Of a stretch of 64,000 bases of DNA, positions 43,505 through 56,409 are shown in pieces. The stretch spans positions 385,404 through 449,403 of the forward strand of contig CAVVAA010000003.1 in NCBI GenBank assembly GCA_963746115.1. Reading direction: 5' to 3'. Source of the DNA: an uncultured Actinomycetes bacterium (GTDB taxonomy: Bacteria > Actinomycetota > Thermoleophilia > Gaiellales > JAICJC01). Made by a program: the position numbers and the translations under genes. The notes below the pieces were generated by a model that was not told where the DNA came from, made no database searches, and saw nothing but the letters and a program-made list of their open reading frames with translations. Every line of letters begins with the position of its first letter. Position 1 is the stretch's first letter.

Positions 43505-43874
43505 ATGGCACGTATCGCAGGCGTCAACCTCCCCCGCGAGAAGCGGGTCGAGATCGGCCTCACCTACATCTTCGGCATCGGCCGCTCCACGTCGAACTCG
43601 GTGCTCTCGGAGCTCGGCATCATCGAGCGACACGAAGGTCCGCGACCTGACCGACGAGGAAGTGACCCGGCTGCGGACGCACATCGACTCCCTGACGGTC
43701 GAGGGCGACCTGCGCCGGGAGCGGTCGCAGAACATCAAGCGGCTCATGGAGATCGGCAGCTACCGCGGGCTGCGCCACCGCCGCGGGCTGCCGGTGAACG
43801 GCCAGCGCACGCGCACCAACGCCCGCACCCGCAAGGGGCCCAAGAAGACCGTCGGCAAGCAGCGCAAGAAGTAG
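43505..43874 (+). CDS. rpsM: 30S ribosomal protein S13; one frameshift near 43628
   Basis: [39 protein letters not shown] | [73 protein letters not shown]... Confidence 0.94.
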
Positions 43875-43904
43875 CTGATCGAGATCGCGCACGGAAAGGA
43901 CTGA

Positions 43905-44312
43905 ATGCCTCCTGCACCACGTAGAGGCGGCACGCGTGGCCGCGTCCGCCGCAAGGCCCGCAAGAACATCGCCATCGGCCAGGCGCACATCAAGACGTCG
44001 TTCAACAACACGCTCGTCGCGCTGACCGACAAGGACGGCGGCGTGATCGTGTGGAAGAGCGCCGGTGCGGTCGGCTTCAAGGGGTCGCGCAAGTCGACGC
44101 CGTTCGCGGCCCAGGTGACCGCTGACGCGGCTGCGCGCGAGGGCATGGAGCACGGGCTGCAGAAGGTCGAGGTGTTCGTCAAGGGACCCGGCTCGGGCCG
44201 CGAGACCGCGATCCGCTCGCTGCAGGCGGCGGGCCTCGAGATCCTCGGGGTGAAGGACGTGAGCCCGCAGGCGCACAACGGTGTGCGGCCGCGCAAGCGG
44301 AGGCGTGTCTGA
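43905..44312 (+). CDS. rpsK: 30S ribosomal protein S11
   Basis: ...[52 protein letters not shown]...[16 protein letters not shown]. Confidence 0.96.
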   Translation: MPPAPRRGGTRGRVRRKARKNIAIGQAHIKTSFNNTLVALTDKDGGVIVWKSAGAVGFKGSRKSTPFAAQVTADAAAREGMEHGLQKVEVFVKGPGSGRETAIRSLQAAGLEILGVKDVSPQAHNGVRPRKRRRV

Positions 44313-44932
44313 TGGCGCGCATGCTCGGGCCCAAGTGCAAGCAGTGCCGGCGCGAGAACATGAAGCTCTTCCTGAAGGGCGAGCGCTGCCTGACCGAGAA
44401 GTGCGCCATCGAGCGGCGCGCCTACCCGCCCGGCGAGCACGGCCGCGGCCGCATCAAGCAGTCCGAGTACCTGCTGCAGCTGCGCGAGAAGCAGAAGATG
44501 CGGCGCTACTACGGCGTGCTCGAGTCGCAGTTCCGCAGCTACTACGCCAAGGCCAGCCGCCGCAGCGGCATCACCGGCGAGAACTTCCTGCGCATGCTCG
44601 AGCTGCGGCTCGACAACGTCGTCTACCGGCTCGGCTTCGCGGCCTCGCGGTCGCAGGGCCGCCAGCTGGTGCGGCACAACCACTTCACGGTCAACGGCCG
44701 GAAGGTGAACATCCCGTCCTACCAGGTGTCCGCCGGTGACGTCATCTCGATGCGCGAAGGGTCGGCGGCCAAGGCCGTCGTCACCGACGCGACCGACCTG
44801 ACGGCGTCCGTGTCGCCGTGGCTGCAGGCCGACCACGACAACCTGACGGGAACGGTGCTGCGCCTCCCCGACCGGGTCGACATCGACACGCCGGTCCAGG
44901 AGCAGCTGATCGTCGAGTTCTACTCCAAGTAG
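44312..44932 (+). CDS. rpsD: 30S ribosomal protein S4 (N-terminal zinc-finger form)
   Basis: [62 protein letters not shown]... Confidence 0.96.
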   Translation: MARMLGPKCKQCRRENMKLFLKGERCLTEKCAIERRAYPPGEHGRGRIKQSEYLLQLREKQKMRRYYGVLESQFRSYYAKASRRSGITGENFLRMLELRLDNVVYRLGFAASRSQGRQLVRHNHFTVNGRKVNIPSYQVSAGDVISMREGSAAKAVVTDATDLTASVSPWLQADHDNLTGTVLRLPDRVDIDTPVQEQLIVEFYSK

Positions 44933-44948
44933 CGGAAAAAGACACCGC

Positions 44949-44983
44949 GGGGACAGTCCCCGCTTTGCACGGGGACAGTCCCC
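44949..44983. repeat. Two copies of GGGGACAGTCCCC separated by 9 nt, between rpsD and rpoA
   Basis: 44949-44961 and 44971-44983. Both copies carry the central A, so the paired hairpin has an A/A mismatch. Confidence 0.85.
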
Positions 44984-45010
44984 ATCCAGAGATAAGAAGA
45001 GGCGAGACTA

Positions 45011-45958
45011 TTGCTTGAGATCATCCCGAAGATCACGTCCGAGGACGTCGGCGACACGCTTGGCACGTTCGTGGTCGAGCCGCTCGACCGAGGGTTCGGG
45101 TACACGTTCGGCAACAGCCTGAGGCGCGTGCTGCTCTCGTCGCTCGAGGGCGCGGCAGTCACCTCGGTCAAGATCGAGGGTGTCGCCCACGAGTTCACGT
45201 CCGTGCCGGGCGTGCGCGAGGACGTGACCGACATCATCCTGAACCTGAAGGGCCTCATCTGCCGGCTCCACGGCGAGTCCGGCGAGGTCGAGGTGCAGGT
45301 GCAGAAGGACGGGCCGGGGACGGTCACGGCGGCCGACATCGAGGCGCCGGCCGACCTCGAGGTGCTGAACCCCGACCTGGTCGTCTGCCACCTGGCCGAG
45401 AAGGCCCGGTTCGAGATGACGCTGACGATCGCCCGCGGCCGCGGCTACGTCGCCGCCGAGGGCAACAAGGGCCCGGAGACGACGATCGGCGTCATCCCCG
45501 TCGACTCGATCTTCTCCCCTGTGCGCCGCGTCGCGTACGACGTCGACGCCGCCCGCGTCGGCCAGCGCACCGACTTCGACAAGCTGAAGCTCGAGGTGAC
45601 CACCAACGGCTCGATGACGCCGAAGGATGCGGTCAAGGACGCTGCCGAGATCCTGATCCGGTACCTGTCCATCTTCACCGACATCGACGCCGCCGACCTG
45701 GCTCTGCGGCCGGACGGCGCCGCCGTCGAGGCGGCCGCGCCGAGCGCCCACGGGATGGAGAACATCCTGATCGAGGAGCTCGAGCTGGGCGTGCGCTCCT
45801 ACAACTGCCTGAAGCGGGTCGGCATCGAGACGATCGGCGACCTGATCTCCAAGAGCGAGGCCGAGCTGGCCGCGATCCCGAACTTCGGCAAGAAGTCGAT
45901 CGAGGAGGTCAAGGAGACGCTGGCGGCCCACGCCCTCAACCTCAAGGGCGCCGAATGA
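45011..45958 (+). CDS. rpoA: RNA polymerase alpha subunit
   Basis: TTG start. ...[53 protein letters not shown]...[24 protein letters not shown]... Confidence 0.97.
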   Translation: MLEIIPKITSEDVGDTLGTFVVEPLDRGFGYTFGNSLRRVLLSSLEGAAVTSVKIEGVAHEFTSVPGVREDVTDIILNLKGLICRLHGESGEVEVQVQKDGPGTVTAADIEAPADLEVLNPDLVVCHLAEKARFEMTLTIARGRGYVAAEGNKGPETTIGVIPVDSIFSPVRRVAYDVDAARVGQRTDFDKLKLEVTTNGSMTPKDAVKDAAEILIRYLSIFTDIDAADLALRPDGAAVEAAAPSAHGMENILIEELELGVRSYNCLKRVGIETIGDLISKSEAELAAIPNFGKKSIEEVKETLAAHALNLKGAE

Positions 45959-46329
45959 GGCACAGGCGCAAGGGCCGCAAGCTGGGGCGCGACGCGTCCC
46001 ATCGCAAGGCGCTCTACGGCAACATGTGCGGGGCGCTCTTCGAGCACGGCCGTATCGAGACGACCGAGGCCAAGGCCAAGGAGCTGCGCCCGATCGCCGA
46101 GAAGCTGATCACGCTCGCGCGGAAGGATCCGATGAACGTCGCCGCCCAGCGCCATGCGGTGGCGTTCCTGCGCAGCAAGGACTCCGTGCACAACCTCTTC
46201 CACACCGTCGGGCCGCGCTTCACCGAGCGGCCAGGCGGCTACACGCGGATCATCAAGCTCGGCCCGCGGTTGGGCGACGCCGCCCCCATGGCCTACATCG
46301 AGCTCGTCGACCACGAGCCCGCTCGCTAG
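45955..46329 (+). CDS. rplQ: 50S ribosomal protein L17
   Basis: [56 protein letters not shown]...[25 protein letters not shown]. Confidence 0.96.
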   Translation: MRHRRKGRKLGRDASHRKALYGNMCGALFEHGRIETTEAKAKELRPIAEKLITLARKDPMNVAAQRHAVAFLRSKDSVHNLFHTVGPRFTERPGGYTRIIKLGPRLGDAAPMAYIELVDHEPAR

Positions 46330-46342
46330 CTGCCGTTAGGCG

Positions 46343-47041
46343 GTGCCGACCTATCGGCTGACGGTCGCCTACGACGGCACCGACTTCCACGGGTGGGCGC
46401 CGCAGCCGGGGCTGCGCACGGTCGCCGGCGACCTCGCCACCGCCATCGCCGTGGACGTGAACGCGCTCACGGTCGCGGGGCGCACCGATGCGGGAGTGCA
46501 CGCCGAGGCGAACGTCGTCTCGCTGGCCGCGCCCCGCCTGGCCTCCGTGCGGGCCGTGAACCGCCGCCTGTCCGGCGACATCGTCGTGCTCGGCGCCGAC
46601 CGGGCAGACGGCTTCGATGCCCGCGGGGACGCCCGCTCGCGCACCTACGTCTATCGCCTTCTCCTGGCCGGCCGGCCCGATCCGTTCCGGGCCCGCTACG
46701 AGCTCCATCACCCCCGCAGGCTGGACGAGGCCGCGCTCGAGGCGTGCGCGGCCGCCATTGTCGGCCGGCACGACTTCCGCGCGTTCACCCCGACCGAGAC
46801 CGGCCACGTCTTCTTCCACCGCACCGTGCTCGCCGCCGGGTGGCGGCGCGAGGGCGACCGGCTCGAGCTCCACCTGACGGCCGACGCGTTCCTGCGCCAC
46901 ATGGTGCGCATCCTGGTCGGGACGATGCTCGAACGGCCCGACCCGGCATATCTGGCAGAGCTCTGCGCCGGCGCGCCCCGCTCGGCCGCGGGCCGCACCG
47001 CACCGCCGCACGGGCTCACGCTCGTCTCCGTCGCCTACTGA
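46343..47041 (+). CDS. truA: tRNA pseudouridine(38-40) synthase TruA
   Basis: ...YRLTVAYDGTDFHGWAPQPG...TVAGRTDAGVHAEANVVS...RTYVYRL...HMVRILVGTM...; canonical position after rplQ. Confidence 0.9.
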   Translation: MPTYRLTVAYDGTDFHGWAPQPGLRTVAGDLATAIAVDVNALTVAGRTDAGVHAEANVVSLAAPRLASVRAVNRRLSGDIVVLGADRADGFDARGDARSRTYVYRLLLAGRPDPFRARYELHHPRRLDEAALEACAAAIVGRHDFRAFTPTETGHVFFHRTVLAAGWRREGDRLELHLTADAFLRHMVRILVGTMLERPDPAYLAELCAGAPRSAAGRTAPPHGLTLVSVAY

Positions 47042-47197
47042 CCTCAGGCGCAATCCGAGGGATATCCCTGACGCCGCGTTCGCCCGGCACCGGCAGGCTT
47101 GGACCGTGCCCCCGAAGCATTGACTCCGGGGACACAATCGTCATAGCATGAGTGATATATAGCGTTCCTGCAATCATTCCGGAGGCTGGGTACGACC

Positions 47198-50057
47198 ATG
47201 GAAGAGACACTGCGCATCGACGTCCACCGCCTGACGCGGCGGGTCGAGCAGCTCGAGCGGGCCGTCGGCGAGCTGCGGGGAGAGGCCGTCGCCCGGCCGC
47301 AGGCGCCGAGCACGCCCTCCGAGCGTGAGATCCGCCCGGCGGCCTCGAGCGTGCCGCCCATGCCCCCTCTGCCTCCGGCGCCGCCTCCGCGCGAGCCGAT
47401 GGACTGGGGCGCCCTGGCCGCGCGCGTGTTCACCGCGCGCACGCTGGCGTGGGCCGGCGGCGTCGCCACCGTGCTCGGCATCGTCCTGCTCTTCGTGATG
47501 GCCGCCAGCCGCGGCTGGGTGACGCCGTCGATGCGAGTCGGCCTCGGGGTGATCGTCTCGGTGGCGCTGCTCGCGGCCGCGCTCGAGCTCGACCGCCGCT
47601 CGTGGCGGGGCGACGCGATCCTGGCCGCGGCGGGTGCCGGCGTCGCCGGCCTCTACGCCAGCCTGTGGGCGGCGACCTGGCTCTACCATCTGCTCCCGGG
47701 CGCCGCCGCCGCGCCGCTTGCGGCGCTGATCGCCGCCGCCGCAGTGGCCGTCGCGATCCGGATCCGGCAGGAGCCGCTGGCCGTGTTCGGCGTCTGCGGC
47801 GCCATGGCTGCCCCCGTCCTCGTCAGCCTCGACGTGACCGCTGCGGGCGTGCTCTTCGCCGCCCTGATGATGGCCGCCGTCCTGCCCCTCTACGCGCGTC
47901 TGCGCTGGCGCTGGCTGGTGACGGCCTCGTCGCTGATCGGCTTCCTCGAGGCGGTCGGCCTGCTCGACGTGTCCGCGACCCGGCCCGGGTTCGGCGCGGC
48001 GGTCGTCGCGATCGCCGCCGTCGCCGCCCTGCTGGCGGCGGCCATGTTCCTCGTCGAGCTGCTGCCCGTCACGCGGACGCCGGCTGACGTGGCTCGGCGG
48101 CCAGATCGCCTCCGGCGCGTTCACGCTCTCGATGGCCGACGCGTTCCTGTTCGCCGGCTCGCGCACTGCGGGCGGGCATTCGATTGCCGGGCTCACGCTG
48201 ATCGGCGTGGCGCTCGTGTGGGCGGTGCTCGCCTGCCTGCCCGTCGTCGTCCGGCGGCCGCATGCCGACCTGGCCGACCTGCTGGTGGCGTTCGCGCTCA
48301 CAGCTGCCGCCACCGCCACCGGCCTGCTCGCCGGCGGCCCGGCCCTCGTGTGCGCGTGGGCGGCCGAGGCGGCGGCCCTGGTCGGCGTGGCGGAGCGCAT
48401 CGCCCGCAGAAGCGGCGTGCGCCGTCGCCGCCTGACCGCCGCGGCGGGGGCCTACCTCGCGCTCGCGGCGATCGCGACGGCGATCCAGGTGCTGCCGACG
48501 CCTGCCCATCTGCCGCACCTGGGCGCGGGATCGTGGCAGGGCTCGCTGGCCCTGGCCGCCGTCGCTTCGGCGGGCATCGTCTTCTGCTTCGGCCTGCGCT
48601 GGCTCGAGCGGCCCGAGCGCGACGCGGCCTGGGCAGTCCCGGCGCTCGCGATCGGATATCTGCCCGCGTGGGCGCTGCCCGCCGAGTGGGCGGTCGCCGC
48701 GTACGCCGGGCTGGCCGCGGCGCTCTTCCTCTACCGGCGCTCGCCGGTGATGGTCGCCTGGCTGGGCGACGAGGTCGCGATCGTCATCGCCGCCGGCTGG
48801 TGGCTCGCGGGCGCGGGCGTCGCGCTCGCTGCGACCGCGCCGGCCGACGAGCTCGTGCGCGCCGGCTGGGGTGGGCTCGGTGCCCGCCACGGCCTCGCCG
48901 GCGTGGCCGCACTCGGCCTCTCGGCCGCCGTGCTGGCCTGGTCGGTACGCCGGCCTCGGCGCCCGTACGTCGACCTGGCAGCCCTGCTCCCGGTGACGGT
49001 CGCCGGCTACCTCGTCGCCGAGGCGCTGGCCGTCCCCTACACGATGTGGGCGTGGCTCGGCCTCGCGGGCCTGCTGGCCGCCCTCGTGCACGTGCCCCTG
49101 GTGCGGCGCCGCATCGGCGCCCCGGCCCTCACCCTCGGGAGCGCGGGCCTGCTGGCCCTCGGCCTGGTGGCGGCATGGGCGCACGACGACTCCCTGCGCG
49201 CCTTCGCGGCGCACGGCACGACGGCCGGCTGGGAGAGCATCGCGATCGCATCGGCTGCGGCCCTCATGCTGGCCACGGCGCTGCTCGACGAGCGCCGGCG
49301 CACGCTCGCGCTGATCGTGCCGCTGCTCCTGGTCGGGCAGCTGGCGGCGATGCTCCTCCCCGGCCAGTACCCGGTCGTCGTCGTCGCGGCGCTGGCGGCG
49401 CTCGTCGAGGTCGCCGCGGTGGTCTGGCGGCGGCCGCTCGCGGGCCGGCTCGACCGCACGATCCTCGGCCGGATCGGCATCGCCGGCGCGCTCGCGATGG
49501 CGACAGCCGTCGTGCTGGGCTACGAGACGCCGCGGATGCTGTTCCACACCTCCCACACGCCGGCCTCCGGACTGGCCGCCGCCGTCGCCGCGTCGATCGC
49601 GCTCGTCCTGGCCGCGCTCGTGGCGCGGGCCGTTCCCGCCCCGGCGGTGCGCGGCGTGGACGTGCGGGCGGTGCTCACCTACCTGGCGGGCGCGGCCATG
49701 CTGTGGACGCTGGCCGCCGCGATCCTGGGCGCCTTCCAGCTCCCCGTGGACGCCGCCGTGGCGGCGGCCGTGCACGACGGGTTCCAGCAGGGGCACGTGG
49801 CCGTGTCGGTGGCCTGGGTGATGGTTGGCCTTGGACTCGTCGTCGCGTCGCTCCGCAGCCGCCACCGCGGGCTGCTGCGGGCCGGCGGGATCGCGCTGCT
49901 CTTCGTCGCGCTCGGCAAGCTGTTCCTGTACGACCTGGCGTTCCTGACCGCGATGGCGCGGGCCATCTCGTTCATCGTCACCGGCTCCGTGCTGCTGCTG
50001 GCCGCGCTGCTCCTGCAGCGGTTCGGCTACAGCACGCGGGCGCCGGCGTCGTCGTAG
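47198..50057 (+). CDS. Large polytopic membrane protein with an N-terminal coiled-coil and Pro-rich linker (DUF2339-like); one frameshift near 48070-48085
   Basis: MEETLRIDVHRLTRRVEQLERAVGELRGE...PPMPPLPPAPPP, then more than 20 hydrophobic segments across ORFs 47198.. (frame 2) and 48132..50057 (frame 0). Confidence 0.6.
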
Positions 50058-50626
50058 GCCTGGACGGTGGCGGTCGCAGCGGGCGAGCCCGGGTAGTCGT
50101 CGCGGAGCATGCGGAACACGAGGTGCCCGTTGCCGTCGAGCCCGTCGGTCAGCTCGTAGCCGAGCCGGCGGGGGATGGCGGCGCTGCGGACGTTGGCCGG
50201 GTCGCAGTGGATCTCCATCCGGTCGACGCCGTCCACCTCGAAGGCGACCCGCGTGAGCGCCGCCGTCGACTCGCCCGCCAGGCCGCGGCCGGTCGCGTCG
50301 GCGCGGACCCAGTACCCGATCTCGCGCGCGTTCCCGTCCAGGCGCGGGTGCAGGCCGGTGCTGCCGACGACCCGGCGCTCGTCCGGCTCGAAGATCCCGT
50401 AGACGGCGTCGTCGCCGCGGGCGAAGTCCTCCGCGAACCGTGCGAGCAGCTGCCGCTTCTGCTCGAGCGGGCTGGGCTCCGCCTCGGCCCACGGCATCCA
50501 CGGGCGCAGGTGGTCGAGGCTCGAGTCGACGGCGTCCTTCATCAGCCGCGCGTCGTCCGGGTCCCAGCAGCGGATGACGAGCCGCGGGGTCTCGATCCGG
50601 AACGCCCTGCTGCCGCCGCTCTGCAT
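50027..50626 (-). CDS. GNAT N-acetyltransferase (RimJ/RimL-like)
   Basis: ...IETPRLVIRCWDPDDARLMKDAV...REIGYWVRADATGRGLAGESTAALTRVAF...RMEIHCDPANVRSAAIPRRLGY... Confidence 0.8.
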   Translation of the reverse strand: MQSGGSRAFRIETPRLVIRCWDPDDARLMKDAVDSSLDHLRPWMPWAEAEPSPLEQKRQLLARFAEDFARGDDAVYGIFEPDERRVVGSTGLHPRLDGNAREIGYWVRADATGRGLAGESTAALTRVAFEVDGVDRMEIHCDPANVRSAAIPRRLGYELTDGLDGNGHLVFRMLRDDYPGSPAATATVQAYDDAGARVL

Positions 50627-50672
50627 CCCGTCAGGCTATCCGCCAGACCCCTCTAGGCTTCCGGTCACCCGC

Positions 50673-51455
50673 ATGCGCATCCTGCTCACGAACGACGACG
50701 GTGTCACCTCCCGCGGTCTCCTGGCCGCGAAGCGCGCCCTCGACCGGGTCGGAACGGTGTCGGTGATCGCCCCGGACTCGAACCGCAGCGCCGTCGGCCG
50801 GGGTATCACGATCGACCGGCCCCTGACCGTCGTGGAGCAGACGCTGCGCGACGGCTCGACGGCCTACGCCACCGACGGCACACCCGTCGACTGCGTCCGG
50901 TTCGCCGCCCTCGGCCTGCTCGGCGAGCCGCCCGACCTGATCGTGGCGGGGATCAACTACGGCGTGAACCTGGGCGACGACGTCACCTACTCGGGCACCG
51001 TCGCGGCCGCATTCGAGGGGATCGTGCTCGGCATTCCCGCCGTGGCCGTCTCGCAGCAGAGCCCGGAGGCCGGAACCCACTTCCGCCGCCAGTCGGGCTA
51101 CGACTTCTCGCCCGCGGCCGACTTTCTGCCCGGGCTGGTCGCGATGATCGGCGAGCGCGGCCTGCCGCCGCGCACCATCCTGAACGTGAACGCCCCGCCG
51201 CCGCCCGTCGCCGGGGTGTCCGTCGTACGGCTCGGGCGGCGCATCTACCGCGACCGGCTGGATCTCGAGTCGGACGAGCGCGGCCACCGCCGGTACCACA
51301 TCTACGGCGACGATCCGTCCTACCACGACGAGCCGGACACGGACTTCCATGCGATCGGCAAGGGCCGGATCGCGGTCACGCCCGTGCACCTCGACCTGAC
51401 GAGCGGGGCCGGCCTCGACGAGGTCGGATCGTGGCCGCTCGCGGCGGCCGGCTAG
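50673..51455 (+). CDS. surE: 5'/3'-nucleotidase SurE
   Basis: Internal ATG of ORF 50574..51455. MRILLTNDDGVTSRGLLAAKRAL...VIAPDSNRSAVGRGIT...GINYGVNLGDDVTYSGTVAAAFEG... Confidence 0.9.
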   Translation: MRILLTNDDGVTSRGLLAAKRALDRVGTVSVIAPDSNRSAVGRGITIDRPLTVVEQTLRDGSTAYATDGTPVDCVRFAALGLLGEPPDLIVAGINYGVNLGDDVTYSGTVAAAFEGIVLGIPAVAVSQQSPEAGTHFRRQSGYDFSPAADFLPGLVAMIGERGLPPRTILNVNAPPPPVAGVSVVRLGRRIYRDRLDLESDERGHRRYHIYGDDPSYHDEPDTDFHAIGKGRIAVTPVHLDLTSGAGLDEVGSWPLAAAG

Positions 51456-51952
51456 GCGGATTCGGCGGCCGCGAGCAGGCCGGGCAGGTCGAGCGGATCG
51501 GTCATCATCGCGAGCGAGCCGTCCGGCTGCAGCGGCCACTCCTCGCGGGGCCGGTCCCAGTAGAGCTCGATGCCGTTCCCGTCCGGGTCGTGCAGGTAGA
51601 GCGCCTCGGAGACGCCGTGGTCGGATGCGCCGTCGAGGCTGACGCCGTGCTCCAGGAGCCGGCGCAGCGCCCGGCCCAGGTCGGCGCGGGTGGGGTAGAG
51701 GATGGCGAGGTGGTAGAGGCCCGTCGTACCTCGCGGCGGAGGCGGCCCGCCGGCGCTCTCCCACGTGTTCAGGCCGATGTGATGGTGGTAGCCGTCGGCG
51801 GCCATGAACGCCGCCTGGTGGCCGTAGCGCTGGCGCAGCTCGAAGCCGAGCACGTCGCCGTAGAACGCGACGGCGCGGTCGAGATCCGACACCTTCAGGT
51901 GCACGTGCCCGATGCCTGCGCCGGCCGGGATGCGGTACTCGTCCATGCGCAT
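51452..51952 (-). CDS. VOC-family protein (glyoxalase/dioxygenase fold)
   Basis: ...GIGHVHLKVSDLDRAVAFYGDVLGFEL...HHHIGLNTW...LYHLAILYP...EALYLHDPDGNGIELYWDRP... Confidence 0.8.
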   Translation of the reverse strand: MRMDEYRIPAGAGIGHVHLKVSDLDRAVAFYGDVLGFELRQRYGHQAAFMAADGYHHHIGLNTWESAGGPPPPRGTTGLYHLAILYPTRADLGRALRRLLEHGVSLDGASDHGVSEALYLHDPDGNGIELYWDRPREEWPLQPDGSLAMMTDPLDLPGLLAAAESA

Positions 51953-51964
51953 CAGCGTACCTCT

Positions 51965-53132
51965 CTACGTGTAGGGCTGCTGGGAGATGACCACCTCGAG
52001 CCCGAATGCGGCCAGGCCGGTCGCCGCCGCCACGGCGACCCACTCGAGCTTGGTCGGGCGGACCGCGGAACATCGGATAGACGAGGAACACGATCGCCTG
52101 CGAGACGTAGAGCGCGACCAGCGACGGCGTGAGCGCGTAGGAGTACGCCTTCACCGGGTCGACCAGGCTGACGACGTCGGCGGCGACGAAGAGCACGGCG
52201 ATCACTCGCGCCGACTGCCGCACGGGCACCCCGAGCATCGCCCGCATCAGCCGCGTCAGGGCGACGAACTCGGCCACGATCACCGCGACGACGCTCGCGG
52301 CCGCCCCGAGGGCGATCGCGGTCGCGAGGCCGTCGCCCTCGTATGCCTTCACCAGCGTGTACCCGGGCGTCTCGAGGAACGCCAGCTGCGACTCGCCGAG
52401 CGCCGCCATCGGCACGGCGACCAGGAAGATCAGGATGGCCGCGACGATCGTCGCGCCGACGATCGTGCGCCGCACCGTGCGCCCGCCGCCGGCGACCTCG
52501 CCGCCGAGGAACAGGGGCAGGCTGGCGCACGTGAAGAGGAGCGCCACGTTGCCGGCTCCGCGCAGGACCGACGGCGGGTGCGCGTGGACGCGGAACGCCG
52601 CCGGATGGACGCCCGCGTGGTGGGCGATGACGCCGGCCAGGACGAGGGTCAGGGCCGTCTGGACGACGGCGACGACGGCCACCAGCACGAAGACGAGCCG
52701 CTCCGCGAGGAGCAGCGACCCGGCGATCGCGACCGGGAGCGCGATCTGCAGCGCCGTCTGGTGCGACTCGACCCACGGAAACGTCTCCGGGAGCTGGTCG
52801 TAGACGAGGTAGGTGACCGTGAACGGCAGGTACAGGAAGTAGCTGAACGTCCAGATGCAGCCCTGGACGAGTGCCACCCGCCGGCCGGCGGCGCGCTCGA
52901 CGAACGCGTACAGGCCGCCGGACGACGCGATCTCGCCCGAGTAGCGCCACCAGATCAAGAGCGGGAAGGCGAAGAGGGCCGCCCCCGCCGCCACGACGAG
53001 GCCCATCGCCGGAACCGCCCGGCTGCCGACGGCGTCCGGCAGGTAGAGCGCCGCCAGCGCGAGCGGCCCGCCGACGCAGCTCAGGGCGAAGCCGGCGAAG
53101 AGCGCGGTCGGCAGGGTTCCGCGCTCATTCAC
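51965..53132 (-). CDS. APC-superfamily amino-acid/polyamine permease; one frameshift near 52065-52072
   Basis: About 12 hydrophobic segments from MNERGTLPTALFAGFALSCVGGPLALAALY... The real C-terminus (VRPTKLEWVAVAAATGLAAFGLEVVISQQPYT*) is in another frame. The 833-aa track ORF is a read-through artefact. Confidence 0.6.
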
Positions 53133-53177
53133 CGGCTTGCGCCCAGCTGTGGCGGCCGTTCGGCCGGCGGTCTGCGA

Positions 53178-53691
53178 TCAGCTCCAGCTGCCGCCGCTGC
53201 TGCTCGAGCCGCCGCCACTGCTGCTCGAGCCGCCACCCGACGTCGTCGCCGAGGCGCTCGCGCCCGACCCGACGGTGAGCTTCGTGTCCATGCCCAGGGC
53301 CCTGTGCCCGGGGACGGAGCAGAACAGGTCGTAGGTGCCGTTCTTCAGGGTGACGGTCAGGTTCTTCGTGCCCGGCCCGAACGTGGGCGTGGCCTGGTCC
53401 GACACGCCGGGGCCGTTGATCGTGAGGTTGTGGCTCGACGGGCCCTGGTTTGTCACGACAAACGTGTAGGTGCCCGCCTTCACCGTCGACGCCGCCGGCG
53501 ACCGTGATCGAGAAGTCCTTCAACGTGACGTCGATCTTCTTCCCGGTGACGGCGGCGGGCGTCGAGGTGCTTCCGCCGCCTCCCGCTGCCTGGGTCGTGG
53601 TGGACGGAGTGCTGGCGGAGGAACCACTGCCGCAGGCGGCCAGGACGAGGGTGAGGGCGGCTGCGGCTGCCGCGAGGCGTAGGCTTCTCAT
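53178..53691 (-). CDS. Cupredoxin (type-1 blue copper) lipoprotein with a G/S-rich C-terminal tail; one frameshift near 53483-53495
   Basis: Lipobox LVLAAC. Copper ligands in ...GPSSHNL...FCSVPGHRALGM (H, C-x4-H-x4-M). Tail SGGGSSSSGGGSSSSGGSWS*. Confidence 0.75.
53190..53231. repeat. Two tandem 21-nt units encoding the (SSSSGGG)2 cupredoxin tail
   Basis: gccgccgctgctgctcgagcc / gccgccactgctgctcgagcc, with one mismatch. Confidence 0.7.
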
Positions 53692-53732
53692 GTGGCGTTG
53701 TACGCTCCCATGCGCAGATTGGATTCTCCGGT

Positions 53733-54383
53733 GTGACTCGCGTTACGAGGCCCGGCGGGGGATCCCCGGCGACATGGTTGTTCGACTTCGACGGCACGCT
53801 CGTGGATTCGGTGGAGCTGATCCTGGACTCGTTACGACACGCGACCGGCACGGTGCTTGGTCGCGTCGTCCCCGACGACGTCCTTCGGGCCGGGTCGGTA
53901 GGCCCTTGCACGACCAGATGCGCGAGCTCGACGCCGACCGGGCCGAGGAGCTCGTGGCCGTCTACCGCGAGCACAACCTGCGCCGCCACGACGACCTGCT
54001 GCGGCCGTACCCGGGCGTGGCGGCGATGCTGGCCGGGCTGCGCGGCCGCCGCGCCCGGCTCGGCATCGTCACGTCGAAGATGCGCGCGGCGGTCGACGCC
54101 GGCATGAGCCTCGTCCCGCTGGGCGAGTTCGACGCCATCGTGACCTGCGAGGACACCGATCGCCACAAGCCCGACCCCGCCCCGGTGCTGCACGCGCTGG
54201 CGCTGCTCGACGCCGACCGGCGGACGACCGTCTACGTCGGCGACTCGCCCTACGACGTGCGCGCCGGGCGCGGCAGCGGGCGTGCCGACGGCGGCCGCGC
54301 TCTGGGGCGCCGTTCCCGGCGGCCGTGCTGCGGGCCGAGCGGCCCGACCGCGAGCTCGCCCGGCCCGAGGAGGCGCTCGCGTG

Positions 54384-54387
<4 letters not shown>
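53733..54387 (+). CDS. HAD-superfamily phosphatase (PGP/PpaX-like); 2-3 apparent frameshifts
   Basis: [12 protein letters not shown] (DxDxT) | ...[13 protein letters not shown]...[10 protein letters not shown]...[13 protein letters not shown] | ...PEEALAW*. Confidence 0.75.
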
Positions 54388-56403
<2,016 letters not shown>

Positions 56404-56409
56404 CGCCGG

